Positions 48,971 to 58,872 of a stretch of DNA of 63,080 nt are shown piece after piece; position 1 is the stretch's first letter; the number at the start of each line of letters is the position of its first letter. Both the position numbers and the translations under genes were made by a program. The DNA lies in assembly GCA_021299855.1 (NCBI GenBank), contig JAJTEY010000005.1, positions 1 through 63,080 on the forward strand, in the 5' to 3' direction. The notes below the pieces were generated by a model. That model was not told the DNA's origin, searched no databases, and worked only from the letters and a program-made list of their open reading frames with translations. This DNA comes from Bacteroidota bacterium (GTDB lineage: Bacteria; Bacteroidota; Bacteroidia; Palsa-965).

Positions 48971-49710
48971 TCAGCATGAACATTTTCGAACGGTCCTTCT
49001 GGAACAAGGTTAGATTGCACATTAAGGATACTGCATTTACCCATCCGTACGAACACCTTATACGCGCAATTCGAATTGCGAATCAACAAGGACTTGGAAA
49101 ATCATTTGCAGGTTCAATTATTGATGTGGGTGCATATGATGGTAAAACAGCACTGTTCTTTAACAACTATTTCCCCAATGCAACAATTCACGCTTTTGAA
49201 CCTAATCCACGTGCCATTCAATTATTGGAAAAAAGCGTTAATGATATTTCAAAAATCCAAACACATCACCTGGCACTATCGAGCAAGGAAGGTTCAGTGC
49301 CATTATATGTAACACACAATGAAGTTTCTTCTTCCTTGCACAACACAGATACTTCATCAAAGGACGCTTCAGCGATTTTAGCCGAACAGCTACAAGTTAA
49401 AGAAGTCATTAGTATTAAATCTTCAACTTTAGATAGTTTTAATTTTAGTGACATTTTGTTCCTCAAACTGGATACGCAAGGCAATGAAATTAAAGTTCTT
49501 GAAGGAGCGACAGAAAGTGTACGTAAATCTCGTTTCGTAATTACTGAGATGTCAGTGCACACGCTGTATGAAGGAGGTTGTATGTATTACGAAACAGATG
49601 AAAAACTGCGGAACGCAGGTTTCGAACCGGTTGACTTCATTGTACCTTCTCGCAAGAATGGCGTGCAGATGACGGAGTTTGATGCTATATACAGAAACAC
49701 GAATTTGTAA
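48964..49710 (+). CDS. FkbM family methyltransferase
   Basis: IDVGAYDG, HAFEPNP, SSSL, TLD, LKLDTQGNE..VLEGA, LYEG. Start is 48964 or 48976. Confidence 0.88.
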   Translation: MVVSMNIFERSFWNKVRLHIKDTAFTHPYEHLIRAIRIANQQGLGKSFAGSIIDVGAYDGKTALFFNNYFPNATIHAFEPNPRAIQLLEKSVNDISKIQTHHLALSSKEGSVPLYVTHNEVSSSLHNTDTSSKDASAILAEQLQVKEVISIKSSTLDSFNFSDILFLKLDTQGNEIKVLEGATESVRKSRFVITEMSVHTLYEGGCMYYETDEKLRNAGFEPVDFIVPSRKNGVQMTEFDAIYRNTNL

Positions 49711-49715
49711 GAGCA

Positions 49716-50591
49716 ATGAATTCTGAACTCAGCATATTCATTCCAACCTATAATGGAAAGCAACGTGTTGAACGATTGCTGAAAAGTTTATTGCTTCAGG
49801 ACATTCCCACTCCGGAAATACATGTATTGATTGACGGCAGTTCGGATGGTACAGAACAACTGAAAACTAAGTTTCCTGAAGTGGCATTTCATAATTTTCC
49901 GAACGGAGGACGCGCTGCTATACGAAATAAAGCACTTTCAATTTGCACCACGAAGCATTTGCTGTTTTTAGATGATGATATGCTCGCGTCAACTGATTTG
50001 GTTCGTAAACACATCGAGTTTCATCAACAGCATCAGAATTCTATTGTTTCCGGGAACGGCTTTCGAAATCCGCAGAATGCGCCATCAATATTCGGATCTT
50101 ATCTCGTAGCTCAAGAACAAGCATGGTATAAACCCCGAGGTTCGTTTCATCGTGTTGAGTCCGACAAATACGCCTTTACATCTTGCAACGTGAGTATGCC
50201 TTTAAAAGTAATGCGAGCTCTGAACGGCTTTAACGAAAATTTAAAAGATGGAGAAGACTTTGAATTTGCCATGCGTGCGCTACAGCAACAAATTCCTATT
50301 TATTATAATCGAGAGTTAATGGCGTGGCACGAGGACTGGCCAACGTTGCAGCAATATGTTCGACGTAATGCCGAATATGTGCAAGGTAAAAAACGTCTAT
50401 TGGAACTTAATCCGGAATACAACAAATGGTTGAAAGTTCGGGACAAGCGCGCTTTGGCGTGGCACAAAAAATTTATTCGATCTGTTCTGGCCCGAATCGC
50501 CATGTCGGATGGAGTATTGTTCTCCTTATTACCGAAATCGTTGAAATTTTTGGCCTTCCGTTGTGCAATTTCGGTATATTCAGTAGTGTAA
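49716..50591 (+). CDS. Glycosyltransferase family 2
   Basis: SIFIPTYN, IDGSSDGT, NGGRAAIRN, FLDDD, GFNE...GEDFEF. Confidence 0.9.
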   Translation: MNSELSIFIPTYNGKQRVERLLKSLLLQDIPTPEIHVLIDGSSDGTEQLKTKFPEVAFHNFPNGGRAAIRNKALSICTTKHLLFLDDDMLASTDLVRKHIEFHQQHQNSIVSGNGFRNPQNAPSIFGSYLVAQEQAWYKPRGSFHRVESDKYAFTSCNVSMPLKVMRALNGFNENLKDGEDFEFAMRALQQQIPIYYNRELMAWHEDWPTLQQYVRRNAEYVQGKKRLLELNPEYNKWLKVRDKRALAWHKKFIRSVLARIAMSDGVLFSLLPKSLKFLAFRCAISVYSVV

Positions 50592-51731
50592 ATGCCGGTA
50601 AAAAAAAAGCATATCATTTGGGTTTTGGCGAATTGCAATCGCGCACCTTATTTCACGTGGTTTGCGCGTGAAGCTGCGAAGCACAGTGATTTCCAACTTT
50701 CCTTTGTTGCCCTTTATCCTACTCGTCCGGAACTGGTGAATGAGCTAAATACTTGGGGATTTGAATGTCACTGGATTCCTTACTATTCCGGTTCAAGAAA
50801 ACAACAACTGGTAAAAGCATTTATTGCATTGCGCCGTTATTTCAAGAAAACGAAACCGGATATTGTACATACGCATCTGTTTGATGATTCACTAAGCGGA
50901 ATTCTCGCTGCAAGATATGCTCAGGTTCCTATGCGTGTTGTTACGAAAGGAGATGCATCGTATCATCATTATCATGTTCCGCATTGGACTCGATTTGATA
51001 AAATGATCAACGCCGGCGCTACCGATATCATTGCCTTATCGGAGGAGAGTAAAGAGTTTATAATTAATACAGAACGCGCGCCGTTTGAGAAGGTGCATCT
51101 TCTTCATCATGGTTTAAATATTGACGAAGTAACACGGGCAACCACCGCGACTATTGAATCCATGAAAACGCGATGGAATTTAACGGGGAAACACGTGGTA
51201 GGTGTCGTGAGTAGAATGGTGAAATGGAAAGGTTATGATACTTTGATTGAGGTTGCCGGGGAAACAATCAAAAAAGACCCCAACGTTCATTTTCTATTTT
51301 GCGGTAACGGGCCCGATAAGCAACGCATCATGCAACGCATTCGGGAAATGCAACTTGAGCCCTTTATTTCGTTGACAGGACCAATACCTGCGGCAGACAT
51401 GCCTTCGTTCTTCCGGTGCTTGAATGTTTTCTTACACGGCGCAAAAATGGAGCCTTTCGGTTTAGTTATTGCAGAAGCCATGCTCAACGGTATTCCTGTT
51501 GTATCTACTCCAACCGGCGCTGCACGTGACGCCATTATTTCGGGGAAACATGGCTATATTTGCGACTTCGGCAACACGACTGCGATGAGCGAAAGTATTT
51601 TAAAACTGCGCGATACAGAACAGGCTTCAGTACTCGGAAAAAATGCGAGAGCACAAGCAACCATTTTATTTTCGTCATCGGCCAACTATAAGAATTTGCT
51701 GGAGTTGTACACTAAGTCGCACCGGCAATGA
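50592..51731 (+). CDS. Glycosyltransferase family 4
   Basis: PDIVHTH, VSR...KG, EPFGLVIAEAMLNGIPVV (EX7E). Confidence 0.9.
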   Translation: MPVKKKHIIWVLANCNRAPYFTWFAREAAKHSDFQLSFVALYPTRPELVNELNTWGFECHWIPYYSGSRKQQLVKAFIALRRYFKKTKPDIVHTHLFDDSLSGILAARYAQVPMRVVTKGDASYHHYHVPHWTRFDKMINAGATDIIALSEESKEFIINTERAPFEKVHLLHHGLNIDEVTRATTATIESMKTRWNLTGKHVVGVVSRMVKWKGYDTLIEVAGETIKKDPNVHFLFCGNGPDKQRIMQRIREMQLEPFISLTGPIPAADMPSFFRCLNVFLHGAKMEPFGLVIAEAMLNGIPVVSTPTGAARDAIISGKHGYICDFGNTTAMSESILKLRDTEQASVLGKNARAQATILFSSSANYKNLLELYTKSHRQ

Positions 51732-52612
51732 AAAATTTCCTGAAACGACTTTATCATTTGTTGCCATTCAAAAAGCAACTGTTCATCCTTATTCGCTCCT
51801 GTTGTAAACCAAGCGCTTCGGTATACCAACACTTACATTTCGTTGGCGTGTTTAATGTCACATTGCGTGAAAAAAAAGTATTTAAACTTTTCCATCACGG
51901 TAACATTGAAGAGAATGAAATTTTCTGGAACGGCTTAGAAAAAGGTTGGGAACAAAAGAGCATAGATTTGTGGCTTCAAATTTGTCCGCATCATAAAACC
52001 ATATTAGACGTTGGTGCAAATAGCGGTTTATACGGAATAGCAGCAAAAGCATTTAACCCTCAAGCTGAAGTCCATTGTTTCGAACCGGTAGTAGGAACCG
52101 TAGAATATCTGATGGAAAATTCCAGAATCAACAATTTTGATATCGGCATTCACACTATTGGACTCTCGGATTATGACGGCATTGCCGACGTTTATCTTCC
52201 CGACGAACGTAATTTTGCCTATTCAGTAACTGTAAATCAAAACACGGTAGCACCACAGAGCAGTTCGAGAAAAATTTCTATCAGTGTTCAGCGTATTGAC
52301 ACTCTAATCGAACAACAAAAAATTTCATTGCCCACCTTAATCAAACTCGACGTAGAACGTCACGAGTATGAAGTGTTGATGGGAATGGGAAAATGGTTAA
52401 GGGAACTTCAGCCTGATCTGTTGATTGAAGTATTGGACGACGAACAGGCTGTTAGGTTACAAAGCGTATTCGAAGGCATGAACTACCTGTATTTCAATAT
52501 TGACGATCAGAAAAACACAGTGCGGCAAACCAATAGCATTGAGAAAAGCGATTACTGGAACTATCTTGTATGTAAGCCTGAAACGGCAAAAATATTGAAG
52601 TTAATTCCATGA
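51728..52612 (+). CDS. FkbM family methyltransferase
   Basis: LDVGANSGLY, HCFEP, IKLDVERHEYEVL.G, PDLLIEV. Confidence 0.88.
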   Translation: MKNFLKRLYHLLPFKKQLFILIRSCCKPSASVYQHLHFVGVFNVTLREKKVFKLFHHGNIEENEIFWNGLEKGWEQKSIDLWLQICPHHKTILDVGANSGLYGIAAKAFNPQAEVHCFEPVVGTVEYLMENSRINNFDIGIHTIGLSDYDGIADVYLPDERNFAYSVTVNQNTVAPQSSSRKISISVQRIDTLIEQQKISLPTLIKLDVERHEYEVLMGMGKWLRELQPDLLIEVLDDEQAVRLQSVFEGMNYLYFNIDDQKNTVRQTNSIEKSDYWNYLVCKPETAKILKLIP

Positions 52613-53469
52613 GCACTGTTTCAGTAATAATACCTGCATACAATGCGGCAAACTTTATCGTGGAAACGATTCGTTCCGTAATAGAACAGACGTTTACCGA
52701 TTGGGAGTTAATTATTTCTGATGATGGTTCTACAGATAATACGGAAGCAGCTGTTAAACCGCTTCTCAATCATCAAATACGTTATGTCAAACATCCTAAT
52801 GGAGGTGTTTCATTGGCGCGTAACAGAGGCGCAGCAATAGCCACAGGAAAGTATCTTGCTTTTTTAGATGCTGATGACGTGCTTACGCCTGAATCATTGA
52901 AAAAGAAAGTTCAGGTTTTACAAGAACATCCAGAAATCGCTGTAGTATTTTGTGATGTTGCAATAATTGATGAGAAGTCAGATAAAACCGGAGTAGAACT
53001 TATCGGATCGGATGAAGATATTTTGAAGCACTTATTGCTTTGGGACAAGACAGTAATTCCCGGTCCGAGCAGTATTCTTGTGACACGTGAGGCCTACGAT
53101 GCAGTTGAAGGATTTGACCCTGCATTTTCTACAGCTGCAGATCAGGATTTTTTCTTCCGGATCGCTGGCCAATTTAAGTGTCATCGTATTCCTGAAGTTT
53201 TAACATTATACCGTAAACACGGTTCCAACATGCACATGAATATTCGTCGCATGGAACAAGATCATATTGGTGTTTATAAGAAAGCCGTTCGACTGAATCT
53301 GTTTGAGACCTCCTCATTTAAACGACACTGCTTTGCCAATCTCTATTTGATTTTGGCAGGATCATGGTGGGTAAACGGAAATAATAAATGCCGCGCTCTT
53401 TTGTTTTTAATTAAAACGGTAATGATGCGTCCGGCTCATGTCACACGAATACTAAAGAAGCTGGCATGA
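52609..53469 (+). CDS. Glycosyltransferase family 2
   Basis: VSVIIPAYN, DDGSTD, NGGVSLARNRG, FLDADD. Confidence 0.92.
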   Translation: MSTVSVIIPAYNAANFIVETIRSVIEQTFTDWELIISDDGSTDNTEAAVKPLLNHQIRYVKHPNGGVSLARNRGAAIATGKYLAFLDADDVLTPESLKKKVQVLQEHPEIAVVFCDVAIIDEKSDKTGVELIGSDEDILKHLLLWDKTVIPGPSSILVTREAYDAVEGFDPAFSTAADQDFFFRIAGQFKCHRIPEVLTLYRKHGSNMHMNIRRMEQDHIGVYKKAVRLNLFETSSFKRHCFANLYLILAGSWWVNGNNKCRALLFLIKTVMMRPAHVTRILKKLA

Positions 53470-54668
53470 AGGCGTTGATGATCGTTACGTACTGGAGTTT
53501 TGAAGATGCGTTGATTCAGTCATACACGCTGCCGTATGTTCGTTTAATTAAAAAACATTTAGGAACTGATACCAACATTATTCTGATAACGTTTGATCGG
53601 AATCCACACACCGAACAGGAAGTTGAAATTGAACCCGGAATTACGAATTACAAATTTCGTTTATACAACTTCGGATGGAAAGCAATAATGGAAGTGCTCG
53701 CGGCATTACGACAAATGCGAAAATTAATTACAACTCGTAATGTATTTCAATTGCACGGTTGGTGCGCCACAGGGAATGGAATAGCGTGGGTACTCTCGCG
53801 AAAAACAGGCTTGCCGCTCATTGCCGATAGTTTCGAGCCAAACGCAGAACCTATGGTTGAAACCGGCACATGGAAATCCGGATCAATTGCTTTTCGAATT
53901 CAATTTTGGCTAGAGAAAAAAACTGCGCAACATGCTACACAGCTCATTGCCATTTCTCCTTACATGCAGGATTACATGGAGAAGAAGTATGGTGTTACCC
54001 GAAAAATCAAATACATCAAACCTGCCTGTGTGGACCTGGAATTATTTAGTGCCAACAAGAAACATATTGGCACACTTGTAAACGAGCTGCAGCTTCAGGA
54101 TAAAATTATTTGCGTCTATGCCGGTAAGATTGGAGGATTTTACTTGGAGCAAGAGCTATTCGATTTCTTCGCTGTTGCAGAAAAAAAATGGGGCGATAAA
54201 TTTCGTGTTGTCTTATTGACTTCACACGAAAAATCTTTCGTCGATAACTATGCAACTAAAGCTGGTTTTTCCGTAGACAAAATGATCATACGTTTTGTTA
54301 AGCATCATGAAGTACCGGATTATCTTGGCTTAGGCGATTTTGCAATCGGGCCCTACAAACCGGTTCCGAGCAGGCTGACCTGTTCTCCTATAAAAGATGG
54401 AGAATTCTGGGCGTTAGGTTTACCAATTATCATTACCAAAGGAATATCCAATGATACTGAACTGATAGTTAAAAGTAAGTGTGGCGCGGTTATCGAATCA
54501 TTCACAGTATCCGGATACCTAACGGCTTTAGACCAAATCGAAGTATTGTTGCTTGATACTTCGGTCGCGGATCGTTGCGTACAATTAGCGCGGGATTATC
54601 GCGATTTTGGTATTGCAGATAAAATATATTCCGAAATTTACGCACCCAGAAGCAATGAACAACAGTAA
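53466..54668 (+). CDS. Glycosyltransferase family 4-like (GT-B)
   Basis: VYAGKIGG.Y, SPIKDGEFWALGLPII, C-terminal ..A..Y..IY. Confidence 0.8.
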   Translation: MKALMIVTYWSFEDALIQSYTLPYVRLIKKHLGTDTNIILITFDRNPHTEQEVEIEPGITNYKFRLYNFGWKAIMEVLAALRQMRKLITTRNVFQLHGWCATGNGIAWVLSRKTGLPLIADSFEPNAEPMVETGTWKSGSIAFRIQFWLEKKTAQHATQLIAISPYMQDYMEKKYGVTRKIKYIKPACVDLELFSANKKHIGTLVNELQLQDKIICVYAGKIGGFYLEQELFDFFAVAEKKWGDKFRVVLLTSHEKSFVDNYATKAGFSVDKMIIRFVKHHEVPDYLGLGDFAIGPYKPVPSRLTCSPIKDGEFWALGLPIIITKGISNDTELIVKSKCGAVIESFTVSGYLTALDQIEVLLLDTSVADRCVQLARDYRDFGIADKIYSEIYAPRSNEQQ

Positions 54669-55677
54669 AAAAATCATAGTTACCGGAGGTGCGGGTTATA
54701 TCGGCTCGCATACTGTAATCGAGTTACTTTCGCAAGGGTATCATGTTACGTCAATGGATAATTTTTCCAATTCGTCGCCTGATGTATACCGAAGAATTGA
54801 AGCAATTACGAATCAACTTCCGGAAACGGCAACTGTTGACCTTGCTGATAAAAAAGCCTGTCTTGAAGCATTTGCAAAACATCGTAATGCATTTGCAGTA
54901 ATTCATTTTGCTGCATTTAAGTCCGTGCCGGAATCTGTTGCTTCACCTATTGAATATTACAGAAATAACGTCAACAGTTTACTCAACGTGATGGAAGCGG
55001 CTACAGAAGCCGGAATCCGGAATATCATCTTTTCCTCCTCTTGTTCTGTTTACGGCAACATCAATCAACTTCCGGTAAACGAGAACACGCCGTTCAGCAA
55101 AGCTGCGTCACCATACGCGTATACAAAAGTTATTGGAGAACGTATTCTGGAAGATTACTGCCAAATACATCCTGAAGCGAAAGGCATTAGTTTACGTTAC
55201 TTTAATCCTGTTGGAGCACATCCCAGCGGATTGATCGGTGAATTACCGCTAGACCGACCCAATAATTTAGTGCCTGTTATCACACAAACGGCAATTGGCA
55301 AACGAAATCAAATGGAAATTTTTGGTTTTGATTATCCTACGCGCGATGGCACTTGTATACGTGACTATATACATGTGTGCGATATAGCCGCTGCGCACGT
55401 TGCTGCAATAGAAGTGCAACTGGAGCAAGTCAATTACGATGTAATCAATCTTGGAAGCGGACAAGGTGTTTCTGTTTTGGAAGCTATTTCCGCCTTCGAA
55501 AAAGTTTCCGGAAAAAAAGTGAATTACCTCCGTTCTCCGCGACGCCCGGGTGATGTGGAAGCCATTTATTCCGACAGTTCAAAGGCCGGTAAAATTTTGA
55601 ATTGGACCACCCGATATAATTTGGAAGACATGATGAAAACAGCGTGGCAATGGGAACAAAATTTGAACAATAAATAA
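54655..55677 (+). CDS. galE: UDP-glucose 4-epimerase
   Basis: TGGAGYIGSH, IHFAAFKSVPES, FSSSCSVYG, YAYTK (YxxxK), LRYFNPVGAH, DGTCIRDYIHV, RRPGD. Confidence 0.96.
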   Translation: MNNSKKIIVTGGAGYIGSHTVIELLSQGYHVTSMDNFSNSSPDVYRRIEAITNQLPETATVDLADKKACLEAFAKHRNAFAVIHFAAFKSVPESVASPIEYYRNNVNSLLNVMEAATEAGIRNIIFSSSCSVYGNINQLPVNENTPFSKAASPYAYTKVIGERILEDYCQIHPEAKGISLRYFNPVGAHPSGLIGELPLDRPNNLVPVITQTAIGKRNQMEIFGFDYPTRDGTCIRDYIHVCDIAAAHVAAIEVQLEQVNYDVINLGSGQGVSVLEAISAFEKVSGKKVNYLRSPRRPGDVEAIYSDSSKAGKILNWTTRYNLEDMMKTAWQWEQNLNNK

Positions 55678-56543
55678 TGAAGCGTCACCAATTCTGCACT
55701 TTATGTCATCACGATAAACTTGTGTCCTTAGCTACACCTTACCGTCATGCAGGATTGGTTCAGTGTAAAAAATGCGGGTTTGTGTTTTCCGGGTTAATCC
55801 CTTCGCATGAAGAGTTGGTAGCACATTACGCCAAATACGATCGTTCGAAAGACATTTCAGAAATTACGGTGAAACGTTATACCGAACTCTTAACTGAATT
55901 TTCTAAAATGATTTCAGGGCGAACGATTCTGGATGTTGGTTGTGGTAAAGGCGAATTTATGGAAGTTGCGATGAACAACGGCTGGACATGTCATGGAACT
56001 GAATTTGATGATCACGCAGTTGAGTTGTGCAAGAATAAAGGAATTAAAATTTTCCAGGGCCCGTTAAGTCAATATCAGCCAACACATTTACTTGATGTGA
56101 TCACTTCATTTGAAGTAATTGAACACATTAACAATCCCGATGAAGAATTACGCAAAATACATGCACTGTTAAAGCCCGGCGGATTGCTCTACTTTACTAC
56201 GCCTAATTTCAATTCATTGAGTCGTTATTTACTCAAAGGCAAATGGAATGTCATTGAATATCCGGAGCATCTGAGTTATTTCACTGCAGGTGTACTGAAT
56301 AAAAAATTACAGGATATCGGATTTAAAAAAATTCACTTGGACACCACCGGCATCAGTATTCAGCGTTTAAAAACTTCCATGAAAAACGTTCCTCATGGAT
56401 CTACGGAAACTAATGCTGACCAACTCTTCCGCGAAACAGCAGAACGTAAACCGTTGTACAAACTCATGAAATCTTCGGGAAATTTCTTATTGAATACGCT
56501 GTGCCTCGGAGATACACTAAAGGGACTTTACCGCAAGGTCTGA
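55677..56543 (+). CDS. Class I SAM-dependent methyltransferase with N-terminal Cys4 Zn-binding motif
   Basis: CTLC...CKKCG; ILDVGCGKG; EVIEHI; LLKPGG.L...TPN; PEHLSYF. Confidence 0.88.
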   Translation: MKRHQFCTLCHHDKLVSLATPYRHAGLVQCKKCGFVFSGLIPSHEELVAHYAKYDRSKDISEITVKRYTELLTEFSKMISGRTILDVGCGKGEFMEVAMNNGWTCHGTEFDDHAVELCKNKGIKIFQGPLSQYQPTHLLDVITSFEVIEHINNPDEELRKIHALLKPGGLLYFTTPNFNSLSRYLLKGKWNVIEYPEHLSYFTAGVLNKKLQDIGFKKIHLDTTGISIQRLKTSMKNVPHGSTETNADQLFRETAERKPLYKLMKSSGNFLLNTLCLGDTLKGLYRKV

Positions 56544-57913
56544 GCCATCTTAGCGAGTGCAGATTCCTTTCTGTAGAACTCGTAAATCACAATTAGCACG
56601 CACACAAATATGGAGAGGAACGGCAATTTAAATCGCACCAACGCTCCAAAATTTGAAGTAGACATTCCCACCAGAATTGAAAAAATTACGGAGTACGAGA
56701 ACATGAATAAGATCAACGGATTCTCGAATAATAATTTAAAAAATCGTCGCGGCCCTGTGATTATTCGATAGCTAATTGCCAGTCCGAGCAGCAAAAAAAT
56801 TAAATTCTCCAATCCTGAGGCCAACATCACAACGTTACGCGCTTCCCAAATAAAAGGACGAAACATTCCAACCACCATCGCAGCCGGCGCTTTGCCCGCA
56901 ACACTTGCAATTGTCGGCTCAAAGTCTCCTATATCGAACGAACTTCCCTGATAGTAATCCTGCTTCAAATCCTTTTGCGTAACGGATGCTGTCTCTAACA
57001 TTCTGTCAACCGAGAATTTACCCAAACTATTTCCCAATGCAGATAAAACACCGAATCCAACAACAAATGCCATTAGATAGATAAAAGGAATAGCTCCGTA
57101 TTTAATCAACTTCACTTGCACACGCGATATACGGGCATGAAAAAACCAAATTATCGATCCCGGAAAAAGTGCGATAAAAATGTATGGTTTAATAGAAATT
57201 AGAAAATAGGATGCTACAGCCAGTATTAGCAATGCCCTTATCCTATTATTGCCGGCAAGCAATCGTTCAAACGCATATATGTACCAACACACTGCAGAAA
57301 ATGTAATGGTATCTTTCAATATCCCCGATCCCCAGAACAACGCTGATGGCAGAAATAACAAAGCAAACGACAGCCTCGTTTCAATTCCGGGATAATAACG
57401 ACACATAGTCGTAAACAACTTCCACATCCCGAAAAACGATATCCACGAGAGAATCACACTACTTACCAAGTAACTTTTGAATGCGATCAATAATATCGGC
57501 GCCATAACTTTCGCCACGAAAAACGTTTGTGAGTCGTAATACATGTATGGCCATGGATAACCGGTAGATTGATCGAACAGGAAATAATTTTCCAGTGTTG
57601 CTTTTTGAGTAATTACAGTAAGATAATTACCAAAATCATGCACCATTAAATTCGTGAGAGATCGCGCAGTTTCATAATAACTTACCGTATCTCCACCATT
57701 ATAATAATAAATGTAAATAACACAGAAGGCTAAGGAAGATGCGAGCTTAATGAATACTCCCTTTACGTAGAAACGATAAATCGGGTCCTTTCGGATTTGA
57801 AGGGTTTGGTAGAAAAATGCCATTCCCAAAATCAACAATATATAAAACGTCAGAATCGCCCATTCGAATGAATGAATGTATCTGATGTATGAATAATTGG
57901 TGATTTCAAACAT
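56528..57913 (-). CDS. Polytopic membrane protein, GT-C-like (ligase, polymerase or oligosaccharyltransferase candidate)
   Basis: About 11-12 TM segments; YY.GGDT.SY after the second helix; PSALFWGSGILKDT; RPFIWE; NFGALVRFK. Confidence 0.55.
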   Translation of the reverse strand: MFEITNYSYIRYIHSFEWAILTFYILLILGMAFFYQTLQIRKDPIYRFYVKGVFIKLASSLAFCVIYIYYYNGGDTVSYYETARSLTNLMVHDFGNYLTVITQKATLENYFLFDQSTGYPWPYMYYDSQTFFVAKVMAPILLIAFKSYLVSSVILSWISFFGMWKLFTTMCRYYPGIETRLSFALLFLPSALFWGSGILKDTITFSAVCWYIYAFERLLAGNNRIRALLILAVASYFLISIKPYIFIALFPGSIIWFFHARISRVQVKLIKYGAIPFIYLMAFVVGFGVLSALGNSLGKFSVDRMLETASVTQKDLKQDYYQGSSFDIGDFEPTIASVAGKAPAAMVVGMFRPFIWEARNVVMLASGLENLIFLLLGLAISYRIITGPRRFFKLLFENPLILFMFSYSVIFSILVGMSTSNFGALVRFKLPFLSIFVCVLIVIYEFYRKESALAKMAQTLR

Positions 57914-57915
57914 GA

Positions 57916-58389
57916 TTAATGGTGGTGGTATTTTTCACCCTTCAAAATAGTAAATGCCCGGTAAACTTGTTCAGCAAGTAATGGTCGAATCATTTGGTGG
58001 GAAAAGGTCATTGCGGAAAGCGATATCTTCTCATCTGCCTTATTGTATACTTCCTCCGAAAAACCAAAAGGACCTCCAACGACAAAGACGCAGCGTTTGA
58101 CGCTATTCATTTGATGTCGTGCAATCCAGCCGGAAAACTCTGCGGAAGTGAACATTTTCCCTTTCTCATCCAGCAATACCAAACGATCCCCGGTTTGGAG
58201 TGTCTGCAATATCATTCGCCCTTCTTCCTCCTTTTGTTGGTCAAAGGTAGTTTTGCTTCCCGCTTTAAATGCGGGTAACTCGCGCAACTCCACACCGGCG
58301 TAATGTTTCAAACGATCCAGATAGGTTGTGAATGCTTCTTTCACCCAGCCGGAATCCGTTTTTCCCACCAATAAAAACATAATTTTCAT
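57916..58389 (-). CDS. rlmH: 23S rRNA pseudouridine-1915 N3-methyltransferase
   Basis: MKI..L.VGK, LDEKGK.FTS, FVVGGPFGF, SLSAMTFSHQMIR...EQVYRA, YHH; TACTTTTG -7 element at 58429-58436. Confidence 0.97.
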   Translation of the reverse strand: MKIMFLLVGKTDSGWVKEAFTTYLDRLKHYAGVELRELPAFKAGSKTTFDQQKEEEGRMILQTLQTGDRLVLLDEKGKMFTSAEFSGWIARHQMNSVKRCVFVVGGPFGFSEEVYNKADEKISLSAMTFSHQMIRPLLAEQVYRAFTILKGEKYHHH

Positions 58390-58446
58390 CAGACCAAAGC
58401 GTATATTTGTCGAGTATCTGCGGTTTTTCAAAAGTATCGTAATTTT

Positions 58447-58461
58447 TGGCTCGAAACTTGC
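58447..58461 (+). promoter_or_regulatory. Candidate sigma54 (-24/-12) promoter of DUF4783-nadC-yihY
   Basis: TGGC-tcgaaac-TTGC with exact GG-N10-GC spacing, 24 nt before the ATG. Confidence 0.55.
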
Positions 58462-58485
58462 AATTAACCGGATAAACAGAAAGAC

Positions 58486-58872
58486 ATGAAACGGTTAGTG
58501 ATCTTGATGCTGATGTGGATAGCGCCTTTCGCCATGAAAGCGGATGTCATCGATGATATTGCGTCGGCAATACGTGCAGGTAATGCCAAAGAAATTTCAA
58601 AATACTTTGCGGATCAGGTTGATCTGAAAGTTTTAGATCAGGAGAATATTTACAGTCGGGCTCAGGCTGAAATGATCATCAAAGATTTTTTCGTGAAGCA
58701 CCCGGTAAAAGGATTTGTTCTGGTGCATCGCAGCGTTCCAAAAAATGATTCGCGTTATGCTATCGGAACACTCGATACATCAACAGGAACGTATCGTGTG
58801 CATTATCAGATAAAAACTGCCGGAGGAAAGCATTCCATTATGCAGTTCAGGATTGAAAATAATAATGAATAA
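58486..58872 (+). CDS. DUF4783 family secreted protein
   Basis: Signal peptide; AIRAGNAKEISKYF, YSRAQAEMIIKDFF..HP..F...H, YAIGTL. Confidence 0.85.
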   Translation: MKRLVILMLMWIAPFAMKADVIDDIASAIRAGNAKEISKYFADQVDLKVLDQENIYSRAQAEMIIKDFFVKHPVKGFVLVHRSVPKNDSRYAIGTLDTSTGTYRVHYQIKTAGGKHSIMQFRIENNNE

